Part shown: positions 8,485-19,162 of the stretch, in pieces
Position numbering within the stretch: the stretch's first letter is position 1
How the letters are laid out: each line of letters begins with the position of its first letter
IMG/VR virus record: IMGVR_UViG_3300027573_000779
Span: 124,001-188,000 of that record
Strand: one strand, 5' to 3'
DNA length: 64,000 nt
Made by a program: the position numbers and the translations under genes
Notes under the pieces: generated by a model
Told to the model about the DNA's origin: nothing
The model's input: only the letters and a program-made list of their open reading frames with translations
Databases searched by the model: none

Positions 8485-11274
8485 TTAAGCAGGATAATCA
8501 ACTGGATACATCGGCGTGCAGGTCCATTTAGGAACCTGATGGTCAATAATCATACCCGGAGCCTGAGTTAAACCGTCGCCGGTTGAACCAGTGGTAACAT
8601 AACCGGTGCAAAGATAAAGGTAATAAGTGTTGGTATCAAAAGTAGCACCACCACCGTTATAAGTTGCAGGCGAGCCAGCTTTATCAGGAATTCCAGTGCC
8701 AACGCACATCATTCCGGGGAATCCCGGCCTATAACCGTTATACCAAGAAGGAGTGAAAAGGTTGGGTTGGAACACTAAAGCTCCCTCTCTGAGCCACAAA
8801 CCGCCAGAAAAGAACATGTTAATTGAATTGTCATTTCTTGGCTCTCTAACTCCGGTGCCAAGTCTGGCATCAGTAATTATAGTAGTGCCTGTTCTAGTGG
8901 TACTGATATTACGCCCAAACAGAAAAGCGTTTCCAGCTTGAGAACTGCCTGTGATACCACTTCCATGAATTAACATTCCATCGACATTTAAAAGGAAGCA
9001 TCCAGAACCATTAAGGATAGTGTTTTGTTTTCCTCCACTGATGACATTATTTGCGCCCCCTAGGATATGATTGTGCATACCCCTTAAAATGGTATTGTTT
9101 CTTCCTACAAGCACAGAATGAAGAGTCCCGCTGGCTAAAGCAAAGTGGCCGTTTGGAATTGTGGTATAGCTTGAAGCACCATGAACTTTATTAAGTTGTC
9201 CACCTAAAACAGTAGAAGCATAGCTGCCTCCACTGACATGATTTCCAATACCCACTAAAACAGCAGAAGAGTCACTGTTTTCAACAATGTTTTGGTTGCC
9301 TGCGCCGATAAAATTAAATCCAAGAGACGGATTGCCGGTAATTATGTTTAAATAACCCCCAACAATTGCGCTTGAAGAATTTGCGCTACTTACTTTATTC
9401 TCCTGACCGGCTACAATAGTTGACCAGTCAGCGTGAGCTTCATTAGCTTCCCCGCCTAAAATAGCAGCTTGGTCACCGTTAATATAGTTTCTTAAACCCG
9501 CCGCAATAGTAGAGAATTTGGCGTCTGTTGAAATAAAATTGCGCCCACCACCCCCAATGAATGCCCAAGCACTTCTAACAATACCGCTTTCTCCCGCCGC
9601 AATACCAGCAGACCTAACAGTATCGATTCGATTATTATCTCCACCACCAACAAAACTTCGACTACCACTAATTCTATGGTCTCTACCCCCAACAATCGAA
9701 CTATCCGTAGAGGCAGTTAAGGTAATATAGTTACTAGTGCCTCCCCCAATAAACCCCCTATCTCCTGAAAGCCTATGCGAACTACCACCACCAATAAATG
9801 AGTTATCAGCAACAACCAAATTCGCAGTCCCCGCGCCAACTATTGCATTAAGGCCAATGGCTTTATTAAGTTGTCCACCAATTACAGTAGAAAAACGTCC
9901 AGTTGCAAAGTTTGCAAAACCATTAACAACTGTGGAATAATCTCCACTAGACATATTAGTGTCACCATTAACCACCAAACTAAAGTCACCAAAAGTTTGA
10001 TTATTTTCACCCCCAACAATTACTGCATGTTCGTTAGTTCCTGTTCCAGCCGCGTTGTTTAATCCTCCTATAATAACACCATAAGTAGAAGTGGAGACAT
10101 TGTTTTTGCCGCCTCCTATAAAGGACTCAGTAAGCATTACCCTGTTTAAAGTGCCCCCGACAATCGCGCTACCCGAAGTAGTGTCTGCAATTCTGTTTCG
10201 GACGCCTCCACCAATAAAAGCAAAATCGCCAGTAACACTATTACTATGTCCCCCAACAACAGTGTCGTTTTCTCCTAGAACAGTATTAAGTTTGCCCGCG
10301 CCAATAAAATTAAAATCGCTGCTAGCAGGGTCAATAAAGTTATTGCTTCCAGCTACAATCGCCGAGCCTTCAGAATCCAAAATGACATTAGCATAACCAC
10401 CACCAATAAAGCCAGCTAAAGCAGTTGAAAGAGTGTTTCCAGAACCACCAGCAATAACAGCAAGCCTTGAACTTTCAATAATTCCTGTGGCTCCTGCAAC
10501 TACAGCACTAAAATTAGAAGAACTATCTATTTCATTACCAACTCCACCACCAACGAACCCAAAATCTCCTTCATTTGAATTATCTTGTCCGCCCACAATA
10601 GCTGCACTAGGAGCACCTTTAACCAAGTTTCTAACTCCACCACCAACAAAACCGTAGTGCGAACCAGTCACAGTATTGACCTGCCCGCCGCATATTGTAG
10701 CATAATCCGATACAGCAACGTTACAATTTATTCCAACTAAAATTCCAGCATAAACACAGGCTCCTACAATTTTATTGTTGCTTCCAGCCCCAATTATACC
10801 AACTGAAGCTTCGTCAATCCCATTAAAAGTTCCATTAACAACAGCAGAATTGGCTCCAGAAACCACATTGCTTTGTCCACCACCAACAATTGAACGAATA
10901 GCGCCAATAGCAACAGAATTACTTGCTCCTCCTAAAATAGAAGCATAAGTAGCTGAAGGATTGACTAAATTAGTAGTTGCTTGACCACCAATAATGTTTT
11001 TAAAATAACCGCTACCGTTCGGAAGCATAAAAGAGTTGTTAGCGCCAGTAACAATCACATTCCCAGAAAAGATGTTATTAGCAGAATAGGGTTCTCTTAA
11101 CAATCCGTAATCAACAATAGCGCCGCCTCCACCATAACCAAACAAAGTAGAAAGAGTAGTGTTAAAGTTTAAAACGGTCATTTTGTAAGGAAGTCCGTTA
11201 GAAACGATATATATTAAATCGCTTGCCGTTGCGCTTGTCAAACCTGTTAGTTGTGATACCTTATAGTCAGCCAT
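8485..11274 (-). CDS. Tail fibre/adhesin with GGxxN beta-roll repeats (Hep_Hag/YadA-head-like)
   Basis: 929 aa with dozens of ~15-aa repeats of the form S-x-I-x-GG-x-x-N. The N-terminal ADYKVSQLTGLT...DLIYIV segment resembles a fibre attachment motif. Confidence 0.8.
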   Translation of the reverse strand: MADYKVSQLTGLTSATASDLIYIVSNGLPYKMTVLNFNTTLSTLFGYGGGGAIVDYGLLREPYSANNIFSGNVIVTGANNSFMLPNGSGYFKNIIGGQATTNLVNPSATYASILGGASNSVAIGAIRSIVGGGQSNVVSGANSAVVNGTFNGIDEASVGIIGAGSNNKIVGACVYAGILVGINCNVAVSDYATICGGQVNTVTGSHYGFVGGGVRNLVKGAPSAAIVGGQDNSNEGDFGFVGGGVGNEIDSSSNFSAVVAGATGIIESSRLAVIAGGSGNTLSTALAGFIGGGYANVILDSEGSAIVAGSNNFIDPASSDFNFIGAGKLNTVLGENDTVVGGHSNSVTGDFAFIGGGVRNRIADTTSGSAIVGGTLNRVMLTESFIGGGKNNVSTSTYGVIIGGLNNAAGTGTNEHAVIVGGENNQTFGDFSLVVNGDTNMSSGDYSTVVNGFANFATGRFSTVIGGQLNKAIGLNAIVGAGTANLVVADNSFIGGGSSHRLSGDRGFIGGGTSNYITLTASTDSSIVGGRDHRISGSRSFVGGGDNNRIDTVRSAGIAAGESGIVRSAWAFIGGGGRNFISTDAKFSTIAAGLRNYINGDQAAILGGEANEAHADWSTIVAGQENKVSSANSSSAIVGGYLNIITGNPSLGFNFIGAGNQNIVENSDSSAVLVGIGNHVSGGSYASTVLGGQLNKVHGASSYTTIPNGHFALASGTLHSVLVGRNNTILRGMHNHILGGANNVISGGKQNTILNGSGCFLLNVDGMLIHGSGITGSSQAGNAFLFGRNISTTRTGTTIITDARLGTGVREPRNDNSINMFFSGGLWLREGALVFQPNLFTPSWYNGYRPGFPGMMCVGTGIPDKAGSPATYNGGGATFDTNTYYLYLCTGYVTTGSTGDGLTQAPGMIIDHQVPKWTCTPMYPVDYPA

Positions 11275-11304
11275 AAACCTTATTATTAATTACACTTTTT
11301 TAAG

Positions 11305-12630
11305 TTATGTCTCAGTTAAAATATATCCACCATTCTCAAGAAGAAGATAGCCTTGTTCGTTTCCAGTTAAATTGTCATACTGTAAATAACCAGTACTAGT
11401 TATTACAGGTTGGTCTATTACTCCGCTTATAAACAGTCCCTTTGAAAGGTCTTTGGGGTCAATTTCAGCCTCAAAAGAGAACCTTGTTGATGCTTGCCCA
11501 TTTAGATTAAGCTGAAAAGTCGAATTTGAATATTTAGCGTTTCTAAAGAAATAATAGATTTGAGGAACATTACTCCGATTTTTAACCGTAATATCCACGT
11601 TATAATTCTTATCCTGAATAAATAATCTCTCTAAAGTGCCGGTAAGCAGGTTTTTAGCAACAATATCAAAGCTTAAATTAACCAAAACAGGGAATTGAAT
11701 TACTCTATCAAGGGGAGATTTATAACCTAATTTAGTCAACGGTGTTCTATCAAGGCCCATTGAAATATCATATCCTTGAATTATTAAATCATTAAAATGA
11801 ACGCCAAAATTAGATTCGCCACTGACTGAAACAGTGATATTCCCCGGCAAAAGAACTGTTTCCAAAGCAAGACTTTCGGTTGGTCTAGGAATACAACATT
11901 TTATGCCGGAATAGTTTCTATAAGTCCTAATATCAATGGCAGGAATTGAAATCCCGCTGCCGCTGGTATAGAACATCATATTTTCCCCTATATAACTTAC
12001 AGAAGTTTGAGGAAATTCCCCAACAGCCGCTGAAGTCCGATAAGAAGTCATGTAACAATTACCAAAGCCAAACGCATCAACATCTAGGTAACCCGCTTTT
12101 CCTGTAGTTTGATTGCTTAAATCTTCTCTATCTTTTTTAATAGCTACAAAGAAGTTGCGACAATCCCTATAGTTAAAAGGCCAATAAAGACCTTCTGCGT
12201 CCGTTTTCCACATCTCGTTTGGATGCCTAACAGTAAGACCAGAAAGCAAAGGAACCGAAAAATTAGCCCCAAAAGCGTTATCTCCTCTTGTGTTACTATA
12301 GTAGTTAATATATAAACCCAAACGAAGTTCGTTTAAAACACCAAAATTATGATAATTGAAGTTAAAATTGACTGTGGGGGCTGTAGTAATACTATCTGAA
12401 GCAACTCCAATTTTGCCAATGTTTAAAATTCTAGTTCTATCAGTGTTAATTTGATAGTCAAAAGACGTGACGCGATGAACCGGAAAAACAATGTTGGTAG
12501 CGCCCGAAACCCCTAGTTGAGAGATATCGCTTTCCAGATATCCCAAAGAATTTAAAATATGATATCCAGTAGCGGGAGCCGGTCCTACAAATAAACCAGC
12601 TAAATTATATGTTATCCGGTTCCGATTCAT
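11305..12630 (-). CDS. Probable tail tube/major tail-type protein
   Basis: Beta-rich ~440 aa protein between portal and tail fibre. The N-terminal RNRITYNLAGLFVGP and internal LGYKSPLDRVIQFPV resemble tail-tube-like proteins of large environmental phages (recalled, not searched). ATG at 12630. Confidence 0.5.
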   Translation of the reverse strand: MNRNRITYNLAGLFVGPAPATGYHILNSLGYLESDISQLGVSGATNIVFPVHRVTSFDYQINTDRTRILNIGKIGVASDSITTAPTVNFNFNYHNFGVLNELRLGLYINYYSNTRGDNAFGANFSVPLLSGLTVRHPNEMWKTDAEGLYWPFNYRDCRNFFVAIKKDREDLSNQTTGKAGYLDVDAFGFGNCYMTSYRTSAAVGEFPQTSVSYIGENMMFYTSGSGISIPAIDIRTYRNYSGIKCCIPRPTESLALETVLLPGNITVSVSGESNFGVHFNDLIIQGYDISMGLDRTPLTKLGYKSPLDRVIQFPVLVNLSFDIVAKNLLTGTLERLFIQDKNYNVDITVKNRSNVPQIYYFFRNAKYSNSTFQLNLNGQASTRFSFEAEIDPKDLSKGLFISGVIDQPVITSTGYLQYDNLTGNEQGYLLLENGGYILTET

Positions 12631-14545
12631 CAACTTTGCTGGCTAACAAAATAGCAGCTTGATAATCATCAATTTGATGTTCACAAGCTAAGTCTAGAAT
12701 TTCCTGAACGCGCTCTGGATTGGTATCAACAGGCTTTTCTAAATATTTTGGTATTGAGTCTAACCAATTTTCGGGTTCTTCGTTGGCAACAATAACCTTT
12801 GTTACCTCTTTAATTAATTCTTCTTGTTGGGAAGTGATTTTTTGGCCTTTTAATTTCTTTTCAACAGCCTCCTTAATTTCTTGATTAACCTGATTAGCTA
12901 GACTAAAATTTTCAATAGTTTTAGACATACTGAAGTTCGCGCCAATTGGCTTTACTTTCTTGGTGCTTTGTTTGCGTTTTGTCCCCTTTGGTCTTCCTCC
13001 CGGTCGAGATACGGGAGCGGGTTTCATAATTTCCTTTTGTTTAGCTAGCTCAAGCTGGTCTGCTGGCCCACCAACAATTGGTTGATAATAACCCTTATCT
13101 TTAAGAGGTTTAAAGGCGGCTTGATTTTCTTCCGAAGACTCTCTGTCAGGCAAAATACCAGTCTCAAAAGCTTCAAAGGCTTCTTCGGGTGTTAAAAGTC
13201 CAAGTTCATAAAGTCTAGTATAAATTTTACTATATTCCAAAGAGTCCTTAAGATTGATATCAGCAAAATTGGGTGTAGGATAGTTTTTAAACCCTAGCAT
13301 TTTGGAAATACGTTTAATTTCGGGAACTAGAAATTCACTTAAAAAAGCTTCGCGCCCCTGTTTCAATCTTTCAATCAAAACCTGAACCTTCATGCTGGTA
13401 TTAGCAAACTTTTCGCCATCCCCAAGTAAAACATTGTTTAACCCAGTTCGAATATCTCTATCAATTGATTCGTACTTCTTGGGGTCCAAGAAACTGGCAA
13501 CATCAGGAAAAATATATTGAGCGTTGGTGGTATAATCTGCAATGAGCACACGACCCACCGATTCATTTTGAAACAAAGCTTGCATTTGGCGCATAGCTTC
13601 CATGTTAGTTCCCCCTTTGTCTGGTTCCGCACCCATAGTGATAAGAAGAATAGCTTGTTGAATTGTTCTAGTTGCTGCCATGTCCATTTTGCGCATCTCG
13701 GCTTTCCAGTTAATATCAGCTAAAACCGGAAAACCCATTGGAACAGCCATTGGTTCATAATCTTGTTTCTTATAAAAAACGGCCACTATTTGTTCAGGGG
13801 AAAGCTCAATAACAATTCGTCCCGCGCCCGTTTCAAGTTCTTTTTTTGTTTTGGCAGGAAGACTGTCATAAAAGGCAATCTCCTCTTCTGTTTGGGGCTT
13901 CTTCAGTCTTTGAATTTCATATGGCGTAAGAACCTTTAAAAATTTTGAAGCAAAAAACGAAATGTTCCCACCTGTTTCAATGTCCGCAGGATTTAAGATA
14001 ATATATCTAGCAGGAAGCTTTGAATCTTCTTCAATCGCGCCAAAAACCTGAGTCATCTTGGTTATATCTTCAGACAAAATTTTAGAATCAATCCTGTAGA
14101 TTATCACGTTGCCAGAACGGTAATACTCTCTAAAAAATCTGTCTTGAAGCGACCACTCGCCAATCTTCTTAAGCCAAGCAGCAAAGAAATCCCGCGCCTT
14201 TTTGTTCCCACCTTTAAATCTGAGTTCGCTACTCGAAAACTCAGTCATAAAGTCAATAGTGTTCCGAAAAATAGAAAAGTTATAATAGGTTTTTTGACAA
14301 AGGATAATGGCCTCTCTGGTATTAACGTTTCCCCCAGTGCTGGAATAGAGAAAAGGGTCTAGACCATTATTTATGTTTGTATAGTTGTCTGTTCTTTCAA
14401 TGGTCCCCGCCCTGTTTCTCCTAGTTGGGCTGGAAGTTGTTGAACTTGAGTCACTTGCGTTTATTTGGATACCATAAACATACTCTCTGTCCTTAACCCC
14501 TTCAATAAATGCATCCCCTTTTTCTTTTTCTTTGGTCTTAGCCAT
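12605..14545 (-). CDS. Portal protein
   Basis: 646 aa, immediately downstream of the large terminase. Contains portal-like segments (FFREYYRSGNVIIYR, PMGFPVLADINWKAEMRKMD) and a basic low-complexity C-terminal region. Confidence 0.75.
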   Translation of the reverse strand: MAKTKEKEKGDAFIEGVKDREYVYGIQINASDSSSTTSSPTRRNRAGTIERTDNYTNINNGLDPFLYSSTGGNVNTREAIILCQKTYYNFSIFRNTIDFMTEFSSSELRFKGGNKKARDFFAAWLKKIGEWSLQDRFFREYYRSGNVIIYRIDSKILSEDITKMTQVFGAIEEDSKLPARYIILNPADIETGGNISFFASKFLKVLTPYEIQRLKKPQTEEEIAFYDSLPAKTKKELETGAGRIVIELSPEQIVAVFYKKQDYEPMAVPMGFPVLADINWKAEMRKMDMAATRTIQQAILLITMGAEPDKGGTNMEAMRQMQALFQNESVGRVLIADYTTNAQYIFPDVASFLDPKKYESIDRDIRTGLNNVLLGDGEKFANTSMKVQVLIERLKQGREAFLSEFLVPEIKRISKMLGFKNYPTPNFADINLKDSLEYSKIYTRLYELGLLTPEEAFEAFETGILPDRESSEENQAAFKPLKDKGYYQPIVGGPADQLELAKQKEIMKPAPVSRPGGRPKGTKRKQSTKKVKPIGANFSMSKTIENFSLANQVNQEIKEAVEKKLKGQKITSQQEELIKEVTKVIVANEEPENWLDSIPKYLEKPVDTNPERVQEILDLACEHQIDDYQAAILLASKVDESEPDNI

Positions 14546-14563
14546 ATATCATAAAAAATTACA

Positions 14564-16441
14564 CTATTTTATCACCATGGGCACAAACATTCCCGTTGGG
14601 CGTTCTACCGGTTGCCTCATTATTTCAAAATAAGCTTTAACTCCCCAACAGCCTAATAGTAAAGCTGTATAACTGTCTTTTCTTGGTCTATCGGCGCTAG
14701 TAATCTTTTTTAAATGAACAGGAACATCAAAAGATTGGGTCCCTTTGGCGGTTATTTTAACTTCTATAAGGGCGCACTCATTTTTAGTTTGTTTAATTAA
14801 GTCATCCTGTCTTTCAATTAACTCAAGAATTTGATTCTGCTCAAAATTTTGACCCTCATCGTTTTTAAGATAGGTTATATCTATTTTTTGAGAACAATAA
14901 TGATTTAACGCAGCTTCGTTTGGTTGCACTTGGGAACCAAAAAACACTTTTTTATGGTCTATACAAGTTTGTAAATGAACGTTGGCGTTTCGAATAAAAT
15001 CACTACTAAAAATCTGTGCAAAAGCTATTTTCCCGCCTCCGTTTTTCTTTTTGTTATATTTCAACCTTGCTTCTCGAAGCATTTCTTCATATTCGCGCCC
15101 CTCCAATTCACTTTTAAAATCAAAAAAAGTAACCTCCAACCCATGAGAATGAAACGTTTCGCTTTCTGTAGCGCTATCCAAAAACTGAAATCCAGCATTA
15201 TCAATAATTATCAACACTATGTTAAAATGACTTAAAACATAAAAAAGATATTTAATGTGGTCTTTAAGGTCTCCACCGGCCACTGCATAAGCATGAACCA
15301 AGGTAGAAGTCTCTGTTTCCTCATCCAGTTCCATAATTGCCATAGCAAAATTGTCGCTTGAGGGGCTATTGGAAAAACTTGGGTCAATTGCTAAAACATA
15401 CTTTTTATCAGGGTCACCCGTTATTTTGGTTGTAGGGTAATCGCCATCAGAAATAGTGCTGGCTAGCATTTTTCTAGCTGAATAATAACCCTCAGAATCA
15501 TCAATAAACTTCGCGCCCCATTCACGTAAAAAGGCAGAATTGGAAACCCCTCCGTTTTTGGCGGCTTCAATAATCTCCTGATTAAGCATCGCTTTGGGAA
15601 TAGCTTCGTAACTAAGCTGAGAAACAAAATAAGTTAAAGCACTCTCTTTTGGAGAATAAATTTCTTCAATAAATTGGCAATATTTCTGATAAAGATATTC
15701 AAAAGTATAGCTGGCAGAAGAAAGGAAAATAACTCTAGCTTCGTTAGTAAAAACCGTTCTGTCTTCCTCTTTCATTGCCCCCGCCGCAATAGCTTCATCT
15801 TCTTCTCTCTCAGTTTTTAAACGTTCTTTAAGACCTTTGTGAACAGAAAGAAATGGAGTTAGAACTGTGTCAATAATTTCCTGAGACATTAACAAAAACT
15901 CATCAACGATAAGAACGTTGGCGCGAAAACCCCGGACCTTTTCTCCGTTAAGAGGGATAGCTTTAATTGATGAAACTTGTCCGTCTGGATAAGTGATTCT
16001 CCATTCGTATAAATCGTTCCTTTTAGCCCGATAACCAAACATTTGCCCAAGAATCTTTCCTTGAGGACTATCAACCAGTTTTTCAAGCTCACTAAAAATA
16101 TGTCTAGCCGTCCTAAAGGTAGGACCGGCAATAATAATTTGAGCGCCGGGATTAAAAAGAGGATATAAAAAACAAAAGATAGCCGCCATTGTGCTTTTGG
16201 AACCACCACGAGTCCAAACGCAAAGACTAAAGTTCCTAATCATCCAAGCTTTTAAAGTCATCTCTTGAAAAGCCTCCAAAGCAAAACCGCAAAGAAACTC
16301 AACCGTCCATCCAATATTATAACGCATGAATTTGGCAAAGCTTACCCTAGCCACTCGGTCATCAAGTTCTCCCTGAAGTTCCATTAGTTCTTGATTAACG
16401 TTTTGAAGAGGACGTTTGTATTTTTCTGGACTATAAATCAT
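14564..16441 (-). CDS. terL: Terminase large subunit
   Basis: Walker A TRGGSKS, Walker B LIVDEF, motif III FLSSAS, RNase H-like nuclease YVLAIDPS and C-terminal KDSYTA. Confidence 0.92.
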   Translation of the reverse strand: MIYSPEKYKRPLQNVNQELMELQGELDDRVARVSFAKFMRYNIGWTVEFLCGFALEAFQEMTLKAWMIRNFSLCVWTRGGSKSTMAAIFCFLYPLFNPGAQIIIAGPTFRTARHIFSELEKLVDSPQGKILGQMFGYRAKRNDLYEWRITYPDGQVSSIKAIPLNGEKVRGFRANVLIVDEFLLMSQEIIDTVLTPFLSVHKGLKERLKTEREEDEAIAAGAMKEEDRTVFTNEARVIFLSSASYTFEYLYQKYCQFIEEIYSPKESALTYFVSQLSYEAIPKAMLNQEIIEAAKNGGVSNSAFLREWGAKFIDDSEGYYSARKMLASTISDGDYPTTKITGDPDKKYVLAIDPSFSNSPSSDNFAMAIMELDEETETSTLVHAYAVAGGDLKDHIKYLFYVLSHFNIVLIIIDNAGFQFLDSATESETFHSHGLEVTFFDFKSELEGREYEEMLREARLKYNKKKNGGGKIAFAQIFSSDFIRNANVHLQTCIDHKKVFFGSQVQPNEAALNHYCSQKIDITYLKNDEGQNFEQNQILELIERQDDLIKQTKNECALIEVKITAKGTQSFDVPVHLKKITSADRPRKDSYTALLLGCWGVKAYFEIMRQPVERPTGMFVPMVIK

Positions 16442-17376
16442 GTTAAACTAAAAGTATTAGTGTCATAAAGAAATTGTAAATCATACTTAAAAAACTCACC
16501 TTCAGAGTAAAAAATCTTGGTTATAATTTGTGAGGCCGTCTCCCTATTATTGACAAAAAGAAATTGGACATTATGAAAATCACGTAAGATATGTCTGACG
16601 TTATGAAAGATAAAGTCAGGTTTAACTGACGAAAATTTACATTGTGGTAGTTTATCAAACTGAAACGCCAAACCAAATCCGCACTCAACAATAACAATTA
16701 CTCTAAAACCAGCTATTCTGGCACGCTCAAACTCTTTATGAACTCGCTCAAAATCGCGGCCAAACGAATTAATAAAATCTGTCAAAGACTTCCTTTCAAA
16801 AACCAAATCAATAGGTTTACCATTTACTAAAAACCCATAATCTCCAACGTTTAATGTTCCAATATGAGCTTCACAATCAAACTTAAGAGGCGTTTGCTCT
16901 CTGGAATCTATAACAATATTGGAAAATAAAGGTTTTTGGGGATTAATTAAAGTAAAGGGGTCCGGCTTTTCAAACCTAACCCTTAAGCCTAAATCATAAC
17001 AAAGCCTATAATAGTCTCCAAAAAGCAAATTATACCCAAAAATTGAGGGGCAATAAAGCGTTCGAAGCTCAACTTGAGAAGGAGCATATAATAGCCCCTT
17101 AACTTGAATTCTTGCTTTTAAAAAATTTAATGCATATTCTTTTAAGACATGTTGGGGCTGGCTGGCATACCACTTTTTAAAGTTCTCTCTGGAATTGAAA
17201 TTTTGAGTAAAATACTGTTCGTAACTTTTATATTTAATAAGCTCGCCGGTTAGTAAATCGCGCCTATCAAAATGTTTGTGATAATAATCTTCTATTTTAA
17301 GCTTATGAGAACGAAGATGACGATGCAGGTCTTCATTGGTTTCAAAAGCTGTTTGACATTCCTTACAATTAACCAT
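16438..17376 (-). CDS. C2H2 zinc finger fused to ERCC4 (XPF/Mus81-type) nuclease
   Basis: CKEC...HLRSH finger; VIDSREQ, GDY and ERKSLTD motifs of ERCC4. The true start is probably the ATG at 17376, which overlaps the upstream stop (GATGGTTAA). Confidence 0.8.
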   Translation of the reverse strand: MVNCKECQTAFETNEDLHRHLRSHKLKIEDYYHKHFDRRDLLTGELIKYKSYEQYFTQNFNSRENFKKWYASQPQHVLKEYALNFLKARIQVKGLLYAPSQVELRTLYCPSIFGYNLLFGDYYRLCYDLGLRVRFEKPDPFTLINPQKPLFSNIVIDSREQTPLKFDCEAHIGTLNVGDYGFLVNGKPIDLVFERKSLTDFINSFGRDFERVHKEFERARIAGFRVIVIVECGFGLAFQFDKLPQCKFSSVKPDFIFHNVRHILRDFHNVQFLFVNNRETASQIITKIFYSEGEFFKYDLQFLYDTNTFSLT

Positions 17377-18457
17377 CCAACGCCTCCTCAACAGAAAACC
17401 CAAGAACGCGAGCTTTATACTCGTCCATAGTTTCAATTTCTTGGACACCCTGTTTATATTTAAGCTTCCTCATTTCGGCAGCTTTAATGGTTTTCTTTCT
17501 TGATTCTTCCTGTTTCCAGTCAACAATAACATTTAAAATAGTCGCATTATCTTTAATTTGATTAGATAATCTCTTGCTACGTTCTTCCGTAAGAGCTTTA
17601 AAAAGCCTCTGTTGGCGGGCCACACATTCATTGTATTCTTTTCGGGCAACTCCAATAGCTTCAACTAATGCCATAGAGAGCTTCCCTTTTTCTTCAACTT
17701 CCCTATTTTGTTCCTCTTGAAACATTTTAATAGTTTTTTGTATATTGGATGACTGGACAACCTCAAGACAAAGAATTATATATTGGTCCACATCTTCTTT
17801 TGACAAATCGGGCTTATCATAAGTATAGCTTATAAAAGCACTTTCAAAAAGCTCTCTGTCAACCTGACTTTCCAGAGTGTTTATTAAATGAACCAGTCTA
17901 TAAGTATGCAAATAGTTTATTAAAGAATACGCATTCTTTTTTTGTCTTGGATTTAATTCTTTAAAATTATAATTATCGCCTCTAACATATTTATTAATCC
18001 TAGCAGAAATTCGGTCAAGAGTTGTGGGGGGTCGCCAATCTTCTTGAGGAACCTCTTGCGGGTCCTGATAAGCTTCGGTGGTATTTAAGCTTCTAACATA
18101 ACTTGTGACCGCTTTAGTTTCTGCGTTTCCAACACCCAAAAGATTGTTATTAAACAGAATTCTTGCTATTTCAAAAATCTTAAGAGTTTGATAATTATTT
18201 CTTATATATTCTTTTTGTTCTTCAGTTAATTCTAATTGAGATTTGGTTTCTTCTGGTGCGCCGTTTTTGGTTTTTCGGGACGCCAAAAATGATTTAATGC
18301 TTCTTGAATACTTATTATTGCCATGAGTGTCCACGTTTGGCCCCCAAGCTAACACAACCAGTTCAGCAATAGAAGGAGGGTTGGTTAGTCTAGAGTTCCA
18401 CTCATTTAATATTTTTTCTTTCTGCTCGTCAGTTAATTCAAATCTTGGGTCGTCCAT
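17369..18457 (-). CDS. Conserved hypothetical helical protein (possible small terminase or packaging accessory)
   Basis: 362 aa intact ORF in the sigma-ERCC4-TerL operon with a C-terminal coiled coil. Function inferred from position only. Confidence 0.5.
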   Translation of the reverse strand: MDDPRFELTDEQKEKILNEWNSRLTNPPSIAELVVLAWGPNVDTHGNNKYSRSIKSFLASRKTKNGAPEETKSQLELTEEQKEYIRNNYQTLKIFEIARILFNNNLLGVGNAETKAVTSYVRSLNTTEAYQDPQEVPQEDWRPPTTLDRISARINKYVRGDNYNFKELNPRQKKNAYSLINYLHTYRLVHLINTLESQVDRELFESAFISYTYDKPDLSKEDVDQYIILCLEVVQSSNIQKTIKMFQEEQNREVEEKGKLSMALVEAIGVARKEYNECVARQQRLFKALTEERSKRLSNQIKDNATILNVIVDWKQEESRKKTIKAAEMRKLKYKQGVQEIETMDEYKARVLGFSVEEALDG

Positions 18458-18460
18458 ATA

Positions 18461-19162
18461 TTAAGATACAATATCTATTTCTCCGTTGCGAATTACTTTT
18501 AAAACTCTAATCATAATCTTTTTTTTCATATTTTGAATATGTTTGTAGCCGGGACTTCGATTATGCTCGTTGGTTTTATAACCTAAAAGCCTAGCCACTT
18601 CTTCTTCGTCTAAATGGTCAACATAGAGAGCTTTATAAATCTTCCATTGTTGGGGTTTTAAAACAGACGCCATTTTTTTATGAATGTTAGCACCAGTCCT
18701 TTCAATATCAATACTATCTTCTGATTGGTTGTATACTTCTTGAATATGATGTTCTAAAGGAAGGGGTAGTTTTGTATCAAAAGCGCGTTTTTTTGTTTTT
18801 TCCCATTGGGCGTAAAGAGGACAGTTGCTGCACTGTTTAGTATAAATAGAACATAAATCGTCCCCCTCGGAAGCGGCGCACCTGAGACAAGGACGTGAAT
18901 AGTTGCTATAATGATTGCGAACCAGATTTCTTATTTGACTTGAAATCACCTTGTTTATCCATGGTCCCAATGGGCGACTTGGGTCATATAAACTCCATTT
19001 TTTATAAATATGTATTCTTAAAATTTGGGAAACATCATCAAAATCCATCCAAGTAAGTGCGGTTAAGTTCCATTTGCCACGCCTTTTGTTAATTTCTACA
19101 TTAATTTCTTCTATACAATCCTCAAACTCAAGAGGAACTTTTTTAACTTTCATAAACGCCAA
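18461..19162 (-). CDS. Phage sigma70/ECF-like sigma factor with a Cys-rich insertion
   Basis: Region-2-like MDFDDVSQILRIHIYKKWSLYDPSRPLGPWINKVISSQIRN, a CLRC...C...CSNCP insertion, and a region-4 HTH (LKPQQWKIYKALYVDHLDEEEVARLLG). Confidence 0.75.
   Translation of the reverse strand: MAFMKVKKVPLEFEDCIEEINVEINKRRGKWNLTALTWMDFDDVSQILRIHIYKKWSLYDPSRPLGPWINKVISSQIRNLVRNHYSNYSRPCLRCAASEGDDLCSIYTKQCSNCPLYAQWEKTKKRAFDTKLPLPLEHHIQEVYNQSEDSIDIERTGANIHKKMASVLKPQQWKIYKALYVDHLDEEEVARLLGYKTNEHNRSPGYKHIQNMKKKIMIRVLKVIRNGEIDIVS

Noticed and set aside
8753-10657. Short ORFs overlapping the tail fibre gene
   Set aside because: Shadow ORFs produced by the Gly-rich repeat codons (antisense PPP/PPT runs).
14564-16441. 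Intein or intron in terL or portal
   Set aside because: Lengths are ordinary, motifs are contiguous, and there is no C...HN splice signature or LAGLIDADG block.
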